A DNA stretch of 64,000 nucleotides from the human T2T-CHM13v2.0 reference genome, Homo sapiens, in NCBI RefSeq assembly GCF_009914755.1, contig NC_060947.1; one strand, given 5' to 3'. The position numbers and the translations under genes were made by a program. The notes beneath the pieces were generated by a model. The model made no database searches. It was not told the origin of the DNA and was given only the letters and a program-made list of their open reading frames with translations. Shown in pieces: positions 39,901-52,785 of this stretch (the stretch's first letter is position 1; each line of letters begins with the position of its first letter).

Positions 39901-42462
39901 AATGTTGGCAGGTTAAATGTGTCTAGAAATCTGTCCATTACTACAAGATTTTCCAATTTATTGGCTTAGAGTTGCTCAGACTAACCACTAATGATGCTCT
40001 GAGTTTCTGTAGTATCAGTTGTAATGTCTCCTTTTTAATTTCTGATTTTATTTATTTAGATCTTCTCTCTTTTTCTCCTAGTTACTTTGCTAAAGGTTTG
40101 TCAATTTTGTTTAAGTTCAAAAAGAAACCCAGCTTTTTGTTTTATTGATCTGTTGTATTGTTTGCTTCATTTCAATTTTGTTTATTTCATCTCTGATCTT
40201 TATTATTTCTTTTCTTGTACTGATTTTTTGTTTGGTTTGCTATTGCTTTTCTGCTTCTTTAAGAAGAATCATAAGGTTGTTTATTTGAAGTTTATCCTCT
40301 TTTTTGATGTAGGCACTTATAGCTATAAACTTCCTTTTGAGTACTGTTTTTGCTGTATCCTACAGGTTTCAGCATTTTATGCTTCTATTATCATATTTTC
40401 AAGAAATTTTTTCTATTTTCTTCTTAATTTCTTCATTGGCCCACCAGTCATTCAGGAGCATATTGTTTAATTTCCATGTATTTGCATCATTTCAAAAATT
40501 TCTCATTATCAATTTCTAGATTTATGTCCTTTTAGTCAGAGAAGATGTGTCATATTATTTCAAATGTTTTGAATGTTTTAAGACTTGTTTTGTGATCTAA
40601 CGTACAGTGCATCCTGGAGAACAATCCATGTGTTAAGAAAAAGAATGTGTATTCTGCAGCCTATGGATGATATGTTCTGTAATAATCTATTAGATCCATT
40701 TTGTCTACATTGCAGATTAAATCTGATGTTTCTTTTTTTTCCATCTGGAAGATCTGTCCAATGTTGAAAGTGTTATGCAGAAATTTCCAGCTATTATTGT
40801 ATTCGGCCCTATCTCTCTCTTTATCTCTAATAACATTTCTTTATATATCTAGCTGCTCCAGTGTTGGGTGCATATATATTTAAAATTTTGTATCCTCTTG
40901 CCAAATCAATCCTTTTATCATTTTATAGTGACATTCTTTGTCTCTTCTTATATTTTTTAATCTTGAAATCTATTCTGTCTGATATAAGTATAGTGACTCC
41001 TGCTCTTTCTTGGATTCCACTAGCATGGAATATCTTTTTCCAACCCTTTATTTTCAGTCTAAGTGTGTCTTTGTAGGTGAAGTGTGTTTCTTGTAGGCAA
41101 GAGATCAATGGGTCTTGTTTTTTCATCCATTCAACTCATCTGTGTCATTTAATTGGAGAGTTTAGTCCATTTACATTTAATGTTATTATTGATAAGAACT
41201 TACTCCTGCCATTTTGTTATTTAATTTCTGGTTTTCTCTTCATTTTTCTTTCCTTCCTGTCTTCCTTTACTGAAGGTGATTTTCTCTGTAGATATGATTT
41301 AGTTTTTTGCTTTCTATTTTTTGCACCTCCTTTGTATGTTTTTTGGTTTGAGTTCACCATGAGGTTCACAAATACTATCTTATCATCCAATATTTTAACC
41401 TTATTACAATGTAATGCTAATTACATAAACAAACAAAAAAACTGAAAGAAATGCTATGCCTTAAAGTCTTACCCCTGCTTTTTAACTTTTTGTTGTTTCT
41501 ATTTATATCTTATTGTACTATGTTTTGAAAAGTGGTTGTAGTTATTATTTTTGACTGGTTCATCATTTGTTCTTTCTATTTAGAATAAGAGTAGTTTGCA
41601 CATCACAGTTACAGGGTTATAACATTCTGTGTTTTTCTGTGTACTTACTAGTACCAGTGAGTTTGGTACCTTCAGGTGATTATTTATCGTTCATTAATGT
41701 CACTTTCTTTCTGATTGAAGTGCTCCCTGTAGCATTTCTTGTGGATAGGTCTGATGTCGATGAAATCCATCAGCTTTTGTCTGGGGAAGTCTTTATTTCT
41801 CCTTCCTGCTTGAAGTGTAATTTTGTCAGAAATACTATTCTAGGGTTAAAGGTTTTTCCATTTAGCACTTTAAATATATCATGCTACTCTCTCCTGGCTT
41901 TTAAGATTTCCACTGAAAAGTTGGCTGCCAGACCTAGTGGAGCTCTATTGTATGTTACTTTTTTCTTTTCTTTTGCTGCTTTTAGGATCCTTTCTTTAAT
42001 CTTGATCTTTGGGAATTTTATTATTAACTACTTTGAGGTAGTCTTCTTTGGGTTAAATCTGCTTGGTGTTCTATAACCTTTTGTACTTGGATATTGGAAT
42101 CTTTCTCTATGTTTGGAAAGTTCTTTGCTATTATCCCTTTGAATAAACTTTCTACCCCTATTTCTTCCTCTACCTCCTGTTTAAGGAAAATATCTTTTAG
42201 ATTTGTTCCTTTGAGGCTATTTTGTAAATCCTGTAGGCATGCTTCATGGTTTTTTATTCTTTCTGCTTTTGTCTCCTCTGTGTTTTCACAAATAGCCTGT
42301 CTTCAAGCTCACTATATTTTTCTTCTGCTTCATCAATTCTGACATAAAAGTACTCTGATGCAGTTTTTCATATGCCAGTTGCTGTTTTCTGCTGCACGAT
42401 ATCTGTTTGATTCATTTTAGTTATTTAAATCTCTTTGTTAAATTTATCTGATAGAATTCTGA

Positions 42463-42785
<323 letters not shown>

Positions 42786-43202
42786 TATCTTCCATTTCTT
42801 TGTGTTTCCTCAATACAGCTATTTTGAATTCTCTATCTGAAAGGTCACATATTTCTATTTCTCCAGGATTGGTCTCTTATGCTGTATTTAGTTCATTTGG
42901 TGAGGTTATGTTTTCTTGCATGATGTTGATGCTATTGTCTGGGCATTGAAGAGCTGGGTATTTATTGTAGTCTTCACTGTCTCAGCTTATTTGTAGCTAT
43001 CATTTTTGGGAAGGCTTTCCACATATTTGAAAGGACCTGGGTGTTGTGACTTAATCTGTATCTGCTTTAGAGGGCACTCCAGTAACACTGTGGTTCTTGT
43101 GGAATTGTAGAAGTAACTGCCTTGATGGTCTTAGATAAAATCAATGAGAATTCTCTGGGTTACCAGGCAGTGACTATTTTTGTCTTCCATTACTTTCTGC
43201 CA

Positions 43203-43207
<5 letters not shown>

Positions 43208-43260
<53 letters not shown>
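43208..43260. repeat. (TC)~26 microsatellite inside the L1 5' region
   Basis: Directly visible. Confidence 0.97.
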
Positions 43261-43263
<3 letters not shown>

Positions 43264-43924
43264 CTGAGCCACCTAAAGCTGGGTGTGGAGTAACACAAGC
43301 ACCCCAGTGGCCCCTACTACTATGACTGTGCTGGATCAGACCTGAAGTCAGCACAGCACTGGGTCTCACCCAAGGCCTGCTATAACCTCTCCATGATTAC
43401 TGCCTATGTTCTCTCTAGGCCCTGGGGCTCTACAATCAGTTGGTTCAAAGCCAGCCAGGCCTGTATTCTTCCCTTCAGGGTGGTGAGGTCCCCCAGGTCT
43501 CAGGTGGATCCAGAAGAGCTGTCCCAGATGACAAGCTCTCATCTGGGAGTCATGGCCTAGATTAAAAAACCTTAGAAGTCTACCTAGCGTTCTATTGTAT
43601 TGCAGCTGAGCTGGCACTCAAACCACAAGATGCAGTCCTTCCCACTCTGCCCTCCCCTTTCCAAAGGCAGAAAAGCCTTGCCCTGTAGCCACTGCCACCA
43701 CAGGCCATGAGGAGCACCGCCAGACTACCCTAGATTTTCTCTTAAGGCTTAAGTCCTCTTAAGTCAGTTTATGGTAGATGCTGCTTGGCCTGGGTCTCAT
43801 CATTCAGGACAGTGTGATCCCCACTCCCTGCCCCAGGGAATGTCCCAAAATGCCATCCAAGAGTCAAACCCCAGAATCCACCCCTCCCTGCAATATGAAT
43901 GTGATCTCTCACCACAAATGAGTT

Positions 43925-43927
<3 letters not shown>

Positions 43928-43960
<33 letters not shown>
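43928..43960. repeat. (TC)~16 microsatellite
   Basis: Directly visible. Confidence 0.95.
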
Positions 43961-43964
<4 letters not shown>

Positions 43965-44039
43965 AGTATGTCCCTATGCTTCTATCTATTAACCTCTTTA
44001 GCAGGCCTTGCATTAGACTTATATGAGTATTTATACCAA

Positions 44040-44165
44040 AATGTTAGATTAAAAAATACTTGATGAAAAGAACTAGGTCTTAATCATCTTTGTATTCCAC
44101 AGAACCTATTGCGTACGAAACAGATGACAAAAAGATCATTGTTTAATTGGATGATTATGGATGCA
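44040..44165 (+). mobile_element. L2 3' end relic
   Basis: ggtcttaatcatctttgtattccacagaacct...ttgtttaattggatg. Confidence 0.45.
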
Positions 44166-45000
44166 ACAATAAACTCAACCATTAGCTACTATTTAACCTC
44201 AACTTCTCATATTTTAGATTTGCCAGACTTTTATAGTTCTCTAATTTTTCACTGCCACTGTATGTATCTCTTATTGTAAGCTAAGAAGACAGAAAAAGAA
44301 AAATTATAAACATGATCCAACATTTGTAGTTTGCATCATTATCTTTCTTTTTCTAATCAAGAGATTTTCTTTTCTACAGGTTTAATTTTGCCTCCTGACC
44401 CTTTGAAGCCCAACTGTGCTAAAAGTTGCCTTGTATCTTTTTGATTAAGAGAATACATTAATCCACATAGACCAATGAAATAAAATAGAGAACCCAGAAA
44501 TAAGGCAGCACACCTACAGCCATCTGATCTTTGGCAACCCTGACAAAAATAAGCAATGGTGAAAGGACTCCCTATTTAATAAATGGTGCTGGGAGAAATG
44601 ACTAGCCATCTGCAGAAAATTGAAACTAGACCCCTTTCTTATACCATATACAAAAATCAACTCAAAATGGGATTAAAGAGTTAAATGTAAAACCCACAAC
44701 TATAAAAACTCTGGAAAACAACCTAGGCAATATCATTCAGGACATAGGCATGGAAAAGATTTCATGAAAAAGACACTGAAAGCAATCACAACAAAAGTCA
44801 AAACTGACAAATGTAATCTAATTAAACTAAAGAGCTTCTGCACAGCAAAATAAACTATCAACAGAGTAAACAGACAACCTACAAAATGGGAGAAAATTTT
44901 TGCAATCTATGCGTCTGACAAAGGTGTAATATCCAGCATCTATAAGAAACATAAGCAAATTTACAAGAAAAAAAAACGTTAAAAAGTGGGCAAAGAACAT

Positions 45001-47271
45001 TGATATGGTGTGGCTCTGTGTCTCCACCCAAATCTTATCTTGTAGCTCCCACGTGTTGTGGGAGGGACCCAGTAGAGGTGATTGAATCATGGGGGCAGGT
45101 CTTTTCTGTGCTGTACTTGTGATACAGAACGGGTCTCACGAGATCTAATGGTTTTAGAAAGGGGAGTCTCCCAGCACAAGCTCTCTTTTTGCCTGCTGCC
45201 ATCCATATAAGATGTGACTTGTTCCTCCTTGCCTTCCACCATGATTGTGAGGCCTCCCCAGCCATGTAGAACTGTAAGTCCAATTAAACCTCTTTCTTTT
45301 GTAAATTGCCCAGTCTTGGGTATGTCTTTATTAGCAGCATGAAAACGGACTAATACAGTAAATTAGTACCAGTAGACTGGGGCGCTGCTGAAAAGATACC
45401 CGAAAATGGGGAAGCAACTTTGGAACTGGGTAACAGGCAGAGGTTGGAAGTTTTGAGGGCTCAGAAGAAGAAAGGAAAATGTGGGAAAGTTTCTAACTCC
45501 CTAGAGACTTGTTGAATGGCTTTGACCAAAATGCTGGTAATGACATGGACAATGAAATCCAGGCTGAGGTAGTGTCAGATGGAGATAAGGAACTTGTTGG
45601 GAACTGGAGTAAAGGTGACTCTTGCTATGTTTTAGCAAAGAGACTGGCAGCATTTTGCCTCTGCTCTAGAGATTTGGGGAACTTTGAACTTGAGAGAGAT
45701 GATTTATGGTATCTGGCAAAAGGAATTTCTAAGAAGCAAAGCATTCAAGAGGTGACTTAGGTGCCATTAAACACATTCAGTTTTATAAGGGAAGCAGAGC
45801 ATAAAAGTTTGGAAAACTTGTAGCCTGACAATGTGATAGAAAAGAAAATTCCATTTTCTAAGGAGAAATCCAAGCCAGCTGCAGAAATTTGCATAAGTAA
45901 TGAGGAGCCAAATGTTAATCCCCAAGACAAAGGGAAAAATATCTCTAGGGCATGTCAGAGGTCTTCACAGCAGCTCCTCCTATCACAGGCCCTGAGGCCT
46001 AGGAGGAAAAAGTGATTGCAGGGGCTGGGCCCAAGGTCCCCTTGCTGTTTGCGGCCTAGAGACTTGGTACCTCCATTCCAACCACTCCAGCCATGGCTGA
46101 ATGGGCTTGGTTCGTGGATTCAGAGGGTGAAAGCCCCAACCCTTGGCAGATTCCATGTGATGTTGAGCCTGCCAGTGCATGGAAATCATGAATTGGGGTT
46201 TGGGAACCTTTGCCTAGATTTTAGAAGATGTATGGAAATGCCTGAATGCCTAAGCAGAAGTTTGCTGCAGGGGCAGGGCCTTCATGGAGAACCTCTGCTA
46301 GGGCACTGCAGAAAAGAAATGTGGGGTCAGAGCCCCCACACAGAGTCCCTACTGACGCACTGTCTAGTGGAGCTGTGAGAAGAGGACAACCATGCTCCAT
46401 ACCCCAGAATGGTAGATCCACTAACAGCTTGCACCATTCACCTGGAAAAGCTGCAGACATTCAATGCCAGCGTGTGAAAGCAGCAAGGAGGGAGGCTGTA
46501 CCCTGCAAAGCCACAGGGGCAGAGCTGCTCAAGACCATGGGAACCCACCTCTTGCATCAGCCTGACCTGGATGTGAGACATGGAGTCAAAGGAGTCTATT
46601 TGATTGCCCTCCTGGATTTCGGACTTGCATGGGGCCTGTAGCCCCTCTGTTTTGGCCAATTTCTCCCATTTGGAATGGCTGTATTCATCCAATGCCTATA
46701 CCCCCATTGTATCTAGGAAGTAATTAACTTGCTTTTGATTTTACAGGCTCATAGGCAAAAGGGACTTGCCTTATTTCAGATAAGACTTTGGACTGTGGAC
46801 ATTTGAGTTAATGCTGAAATGAGTTTAGACTTTGGGGGACTGTTGGGAAGGCATGACTGGTTTTGAAATGTGAAGATATGAGATTTGGGAGGGACCAGGG
46901 GCAGAATTATATAGTTTGGCTCTGTGTCCCCACCCAAGTTTCATCTTGTAGCTCCTATAATTCCCACTTGTTTTGGGAAGGACCCATTTGGAGACGATTG
47001 AATCATGGGGGTGGGTTTTCCCTTGCTGTTCTTGTGATAGTGAATGGGTCTTATGAGAGCTGATGGTTTTAAAAATGGGAGTCTCCCTACACAAGCTCTC
47101 TTTTGCCTGTTGCCATCCACATAAGATGTGACTTGCTCCTCCTTGCCTTCCACCATGATTGTGAGGCCTTTCCAGCCATGTGGAATGGTAAGTCCAATTA
47201 AACCTCTTTCTTTTGTAAACTGTCCAGTCTTGGGTATGTCTTTATCAGCAGCTTGAAAATGGACTAATACA
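45001..47271 (+). mobile_element. Full-length THE1A-like MaLR provirus (5'LTR 45001-45357, internal 45358-46906, 3'LTR 46907-47271)
   Basis: tgatatgg...actaataca termini; 5-bp TSD aacat/gacat; internal ORF remnants LNGFDQNA.NDMDNEIQAEVVSDGD and KQKFAAGAGPSWRTSARA. Confidence 0.96.
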
Positions 47272-48002
47272 GACATGAACCAATACTTCTCAAAAGAAGA
47301 CACACATGCAGCCAACAAGCATGTGAAAAAAAGCTCACCATCACTGATTATTAGAGAAATGCAAATCAAAACCACAATGAGATACCATCTCACACCAGTC
47401 AGAATGGCTATTAATAAAAAGTCAAAACAAAAACAACAAAGGCAAATCAAAACAACATGCTGACAAGGTTGTGGAGAAAAAGGAACACTTTTACACTGTT
47501 GGTGGTGATGTAAATTAGTTCAACCATTGTGAAAGAGAGTGTGGTGATTTCTCAGAGACCTAGAGGCAGAAATACCATTCAACCCAGCAATCCCATTACT
47601 GGGCATATACACAAAGGAATATAAATTATTCTATTATAAAGACACATACATGTGTATGTCCATTGCACAATAGCAAAGACATGGAATCAACCCAAATGCC
47701 CATCAATGATAGACTAGATAAAGAAAACGTGGTACATATACACCACAAAATACTATGCAGCCATTAAAAGGAACAAGATCTTGTCCTCTGCAAGGACGTG
47801 GATGGAGTTGGAGGCCATTGTCCTTAGCAAACTAATGCAGGAATAGAAAACCAAACACTGCATGTTCTCACTTATAAGTGTGAGATAAATTATGAGAACA
47901 CATGGACACATGGGGGGAGCAACACACACTGAGGCCTGTTGGAGGGTGGGGGGTGGGAGAAGGGAGAGCATCAGGAAGAATAGCTAGTGGGTGCTGGCAT
48001 TA

Positions 48003-48152
48003 AAATCTGGGAAATCACCACTAAAGAACTTATCTATGCAACCAAACACCACCTGTTCCCAAAAAATATATTGAAATAAAATTTTTAAAAGTGCCCTTTG
48101 AAGAACAAAAAACAAAACCAAAAAAAAGGGAATTTCAAAAATTAAAAAAAAA
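48003..48152 (+). mobile_element. L1PB-type 3' terminus with segmented A-rich tail, nested in the L1PA 3'UTR
   Basis: gaaatcaccactaaagaacttat...aaccaaacaccacctgttccc...ttgaaataaaa; host sequence resumes at atacctgggtgat. Confidence 0.8.
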
Positions 48153-48945
48153 ATACCTGGGTGATATGATCATCTGTGCAGCAAACCACCATGGCACACG
48201 TTTCCCTATGTAACAAACCTGCATATTCTGCACAAGTACCCCTGAACTTAAAATAAAAGCTGCAAATTAAAAAAGAAAAACCAAAAAGGAAGAAACAATG
48301 TTCCTAGATAAGAAACATATACCATTTATCTATATTAAATCTAAAACCTGAAGCATCAAAAAAAACGGAATACATTAATCACCTTAACAATATTTGTTTA
48401 GAAGTGTCCAAAGCAACATGTCTACATGTCTGTTGCTGTGTATGCATTCATATTTCTCTTACCAATTTCTACCTTATATGTAAAGCAATTAAATTCACAT
48501 ACTTAAATACACATGGGGAAATGGTCTTTCTAGATGAAGAAATACACCTCAGGGACACCTGGGCACTCCCTGACTCAGCTTTTACATCCTGAGTGAGATG
48601 CAGCCTCATGATACTGAGAACGTAAGAAACAAGACTCTGAGAACAAGAAGCAGGAGAACCACATGTGTATAAATACTCCCTTAAATGTAAGTGCATGTGT
48701 TACTTAATTCTTCCTGGGCAGTGATATAACCCACACATAGAGAAGGGATATGGTACAGCACAAAATCAGATTTCTTGCACTTGGCAAGATCATGCCTTGT
48801 TCAAGCAGTGTTACCTGCTACTGTTTGTGCCCCACATTAGGGACTAAAAGGGTCAAAGGAATAATGCTGCTGCTGCTCCTACTCTAATAAGCACCTCACT
48901 TGTGCTAAATTTGTATATGCTTAGCTAAATGAATCAAGACCTTAC

Positions 48946-49014
<69 letters not shown>

Positions 49015-49092
49015 AAAGGAAGGAAGGAAGGAAGGAAGGAAGGAAGGAAGGAAGGAAGGAAGGGAGGGAGGGAGGGAAGGAGGGAGAGAGAG
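48946..49092. repeat. Compound microsatellite (TG)n(AG)n(GGAA)11(GGGA)n
   Basis: Directly visible. Confidence 0.97.
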
Positions 49093-49281
49093 ACTCTTTC
49101 CACCAATCCATAGCACACTTGAAACAACACAAAATCGTATATACTGGTCTATAAGTTCCTTAAGATCATGGTCCTCATGTTTCATCCTTGTAGCTGCCAT
49201 ATTATCTGCATGGTTATTGGTACTAATTCCTGTTCAATACGTATATTGAATGCAGAAAGTGAAGTTTCAGTATATGACTTC

Positions 49282-49781
49282 TGTATTAGTTTCCTATGGC
49301 TACTGTAACAAGTTACCACTAATTTAGTGACTTAAGACAACAAGAATTTATTATCTTATGATTCTGCATGTCAGGAGTATGACACAGGTCTCACTAGACT
49401 AACATCAAGGTATCAGCAGGGCTGCATTCCTTTCTGGAGTTTCCAGGGAATAATTCATTTTCTTGCCTTTTCCAGCTTCTAGAGACTTCCCACATTCCTT
49501 GGCTCCCGGTCCCCGTTCTTCCATCTTCAAAGCTAGCCGTGGTTTGTAAAGTCTTTCTGCATCATTCTGACACTCTCTTTTGCCTCCCTCTTCCAATTGT
49601 AAGTACCCTTGTGATTACATTGGGCCCACCTGGATAATTTAAGCTACTCTCCTCATTCCAACGTCAGCTGATTGGCAGCCCTAATTCTATCCACAACCTT
49701 AATTTGTCCTTGCCAAGTAACAATACATATTCAGAGGCTCCAGGAGATATATATTTGGTGCTTATACTTTTGCCTATCATA
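49282..49781 (-). mobile_element. MLT1D-like solo LTR
   Basis: tgtattagtttcctatggctactgtaacaagttaccac...atcaaggtatcagcagggctgcattcc...gattacattgggcccacctggataat. Confidence 0.88.
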
Positions 49782-49891
49782 GCTTTTTTAAAAAGACTAT
49801 TTTAAAAAAGACTATTTCTTTTACGATTCTTTAAGACATTTAACAAAATAATAAATGCTTTAAAGGGAATTATACAGTGTTCCTCTTTCAC

Positions 49892-50010
49892 TCTTTTTTT
49901 TACAAGTTCTTTTTTATTATTTTAGATTCAGGGGGTACATGTGCAGGTTTGTTACATAAGTATATTGTGCAATGCTGGGTTTTGTGTTTCTATTGAATCC
50001 ATCTCCAAAT
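49892..50010 (-). mobile_element. Short old L1PA (PA16/17-like) 3' end
   Basis: ttagattcagggggtacatgtgcaggtttgttacat; probable TSD ctctttcac at 49883-49891 and 50014-50022. Confidence 0.8.
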
Positions 50011-51549
50011 CATCTCTTTCACATTTCAAAAAAGAAGTCCAACCTCCTGCTGTAGATCATTCTTACCTAAATAAGTGGGAAACAATGAAAGCTACATAAC
50101 TGCTCACTAGCAGGGATATTTCTAAATAAATAACTAAGGAATTAGTGTATGCAGAATTGCAGGAAACTTTTGAGTGGAACTTGAAGCTATACATGATTAT
50201 CTTATGTTTAAATTTATTTAATAAATGCAAGTTAGTTAAAAATTTATCACACAAATGACTGGATTTACTTTTGTGGAATTTCAAGCTAATGTCTCCTTAT
50301 AATTCTCTTGCCAGAACATTTAGGACACAACGTGTTTGAAAGACAACTTATTAAGGGTACACTGATATTTGCTAATTAGTAATAGGCCCAAGATGATATT
50401 GATAATGTCCCCTAAAGTCTAGAAAAATAAAACCACTTACTATAGGACCCTAAGAAGTATTGCTGAGTTGGAATCAAGAACTAATCTTTATATAAAGGCT
50501 ACTTTAATTCAGCTTTCTCGTTCATTCGGTCAAAGCCACACTAAATCAACTGTAATTATAGATAAGGAGAGAAGAATGTGCAAGCCACCATGCTTATAGG
50601 AAAGTAATGGATAAACAGACTTCTAGTTAAATATGGCAAATTGACCACGAGTTTATCTTGTTTTCTCCCTAAGCCTTTATTAAGAGCCATGGATAGGAGT
50701 AATGGATGATATTAACTGACAGGAACTAAGAAAATAGAAGAGGAGAGAACAGGAGACAAAAGATTTTAAAAGACTTTTTTTTTAACAAAATGAAAAGTGG
50801 AAAGAAAAGTATTAACTGATTTAGCAGAGAAACGGAATTTATAACTTAAGTGCCTGCAGAGGGGGAAAAACAATGAGAAGTAACTCCAATATCTCTGCAG
50901 AATCTGAGGCTCAATGCCTGGAGGCACTAGGTACTGCAGAAGGTAAGGAAATGGCTTGCAACTGAAAAAGTTGTTTTCAGATGAAGAGATATTTTCAGGT
51001 TGAAAGATAATATACAGAGTGGTTGAACTCACCAGTTCCCCTCTTCTGATCCATGCAGGTGGTGTCTACCCCTTCTTCCCCCAAGAGAAGAGAGATTTAA
51101 TCTCTGGAAAAATTGAACTGGGAGGCTCCAGACTCAAGGACTGTAGTGTAGGACAAGGATAAGTCATGGGTATGAGAACAAGAAGATTAAGTAAAAATCC
51201 CATATTGAGCACTAGGACCCTCACTCCTTTCCCCTGCCCTGTTCCTAGAAACAGCTAGGTATGTATCACTGCTACTCTACTCAGGACGATGTAGTAGATA
51301 AAGATTCTCAGAGAAACTAAGGTCCTTAGAGAAAAAGGCCTCTGACATTTGGAGGGTGGCTATGAAGAGGTCAGCTCTTGCCTGATCACCATTCAAGAAA
51401 ACCCATCAAGCAGCAGCATTCAACCTCTTATCTCATGTACACATAAAACTGTTAATCAAGTTTATAATGTATCACCCATGTAGCCAAGAAGTGCCCAAGC
51501 AATTTTCCAAATTGAGAGAAATTCTTTTTTAAAAGGATTTTTCTCTGTC

Positions 51550-52200
51550 TTTTATCCTTTCATTTATTTTATTTATTTGTTTAACTTTTGTCTTAGGTTC
51601 AGGGGTGCATGTGCAGGTTTGTTGTATAAGTAAATTTCACGTCACAGGGAGTTTGGTGTACAGATTATTCTGTCACTTAGGGGATAAGTAGAGTATCTAA
51701 TAGATAGTTCTTCAATCCTCACCCTCCTCCCATCCTCCACTTTCAAGTAGGCCCTGGTGTCTCTTTTTCCCTTCTTATGTCCCTATGTACTTGATGTTTA
51801 TCTCCCACTTATAATGGAGAATATGTGGTATCTGGCTCTCTGTTCCTTCATTAGTTTGCTAAGAATAATGGCCTGTAGCTCCATCCATGTCCATGCAAAC
51901 GACATGATCTTGTTCTATTTTATGGCTGCGTAGTATTTCATCGTGTATATATACCACATTTTCTTTATCTAGTTTACCATCCATGGGCATTTAGGTTGAA
52001 TTCATGTCTTTGCTACTGTGAATAGAGCTGTGTTGAACATAAGTATGCATGTGTCTTTATGGTAGAATGATTTATATTCCTTTGAGTATATATCCAATAA
52101 TGGCATTGCTGGGTTGAATGGTAGTTCTGGTTTTAGCTTTTTGAGGAATTTCCAAATTGCTTTCCACAATGGCTGAACTAATCTACATTCCCACCAGCAT
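51550..52200 (-). mobile_element. L1PA15/16-like 3' end
   Basis: taggttcaggggtgcatgtgcaggtttgtt...tcctcaccctcctccc...ctccatccatgtc...cccaccagca. Confidence 0.9.
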
Positions 52201-52416
52201 TGAAAATAGGATTTTTAAAGGGCTGATTATAAGAACTCGAAATTTTGTTTTCCATATGTCTTTTCTTAGGTGGCATATGCTTTATCAAAGTGAGAGAATA
52301 AACCTAGAGAGACAATGGAATCTATTGAACAGGTGATCCAACACAGAATGATGAAAGGAGGTTATGGGACAATTGTGGCCCATGCCTAGAGAACAGACAA
52401 CACCCATTCTAGATTG

Positions 52417-52785
52417 AAACATGAATGTAGCTGGAGGCCATTGCCCTAAGCAAAAAAAAAAAAAAAAAAAAAAAAAGCAGAAGCAGAAAACCAAATATTG
52501 CATGTTCTCACTTATAAGTGGGAGTTCAACATTGGGTACATGAAGATATAAAATATGAGAACAATAGACACTTGTGACTACAACGTAGGGGAGAGGAGGA
52601 GAGGGGAAAGGGCCGAAAAACTACCTATTGGGTACTATGCTCACTACCTGGGTGACAAGTTCAGTAATATCCCAAAACTCAGTGTCATGCAATATTATCC
52701 TTGTAAAAAACCTGCACATTTACCCCCAGATCCTAAAATAAAAGTTGGAACAGAACAAAACAAAAAAAAAAAAAAAAGAAAAAAG
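52417..52785 (+). mobile_element. L1PA16/17-like 3' end with an internal A25 run
   Basis: gctggaggccatt...catgttctcacttataagtgggag...aaaaactacctattgggtactatgctcactacctgggtgac...taaaataaaagttg. Confidence 0.9.

Larger units (their letters stand above)
44464..48367 (+). mobile_element. 5'-truncated L1PA11-13-like LINE with THE1A and L1PB insertions and a 3' transduced tail
   Basis: ORF2 end [21 protein letters not shown]; 3'UTR gcatcaggaagaatagcta...atctgtgcagcaaaccaccatggcacacg; TSD gaatacattaatc at 44451-44463 and 48368-48380. Confidence 0.92.

Noticed and set aside
39134-41126. Reverse transcriptase and endonuclease motifs suggesting an active or novel retro-system
   Set aside because: Ordinary L1 ORF2 remnants with many stops, frameshifts and deletions
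46246-46641. 131-aa and neighbouring ORFs in the THE1 internal region
   Set aside because: Fragments of the decayed MaLR internal ORF, interrupted by stops; not a host gene
49787-49818. Small tandem duplications (aaaaagactattt x2; also 23020-23047, 19261-19300, 34205-34236)
   Set aside because: Common slippage micro-duplications with no further structure
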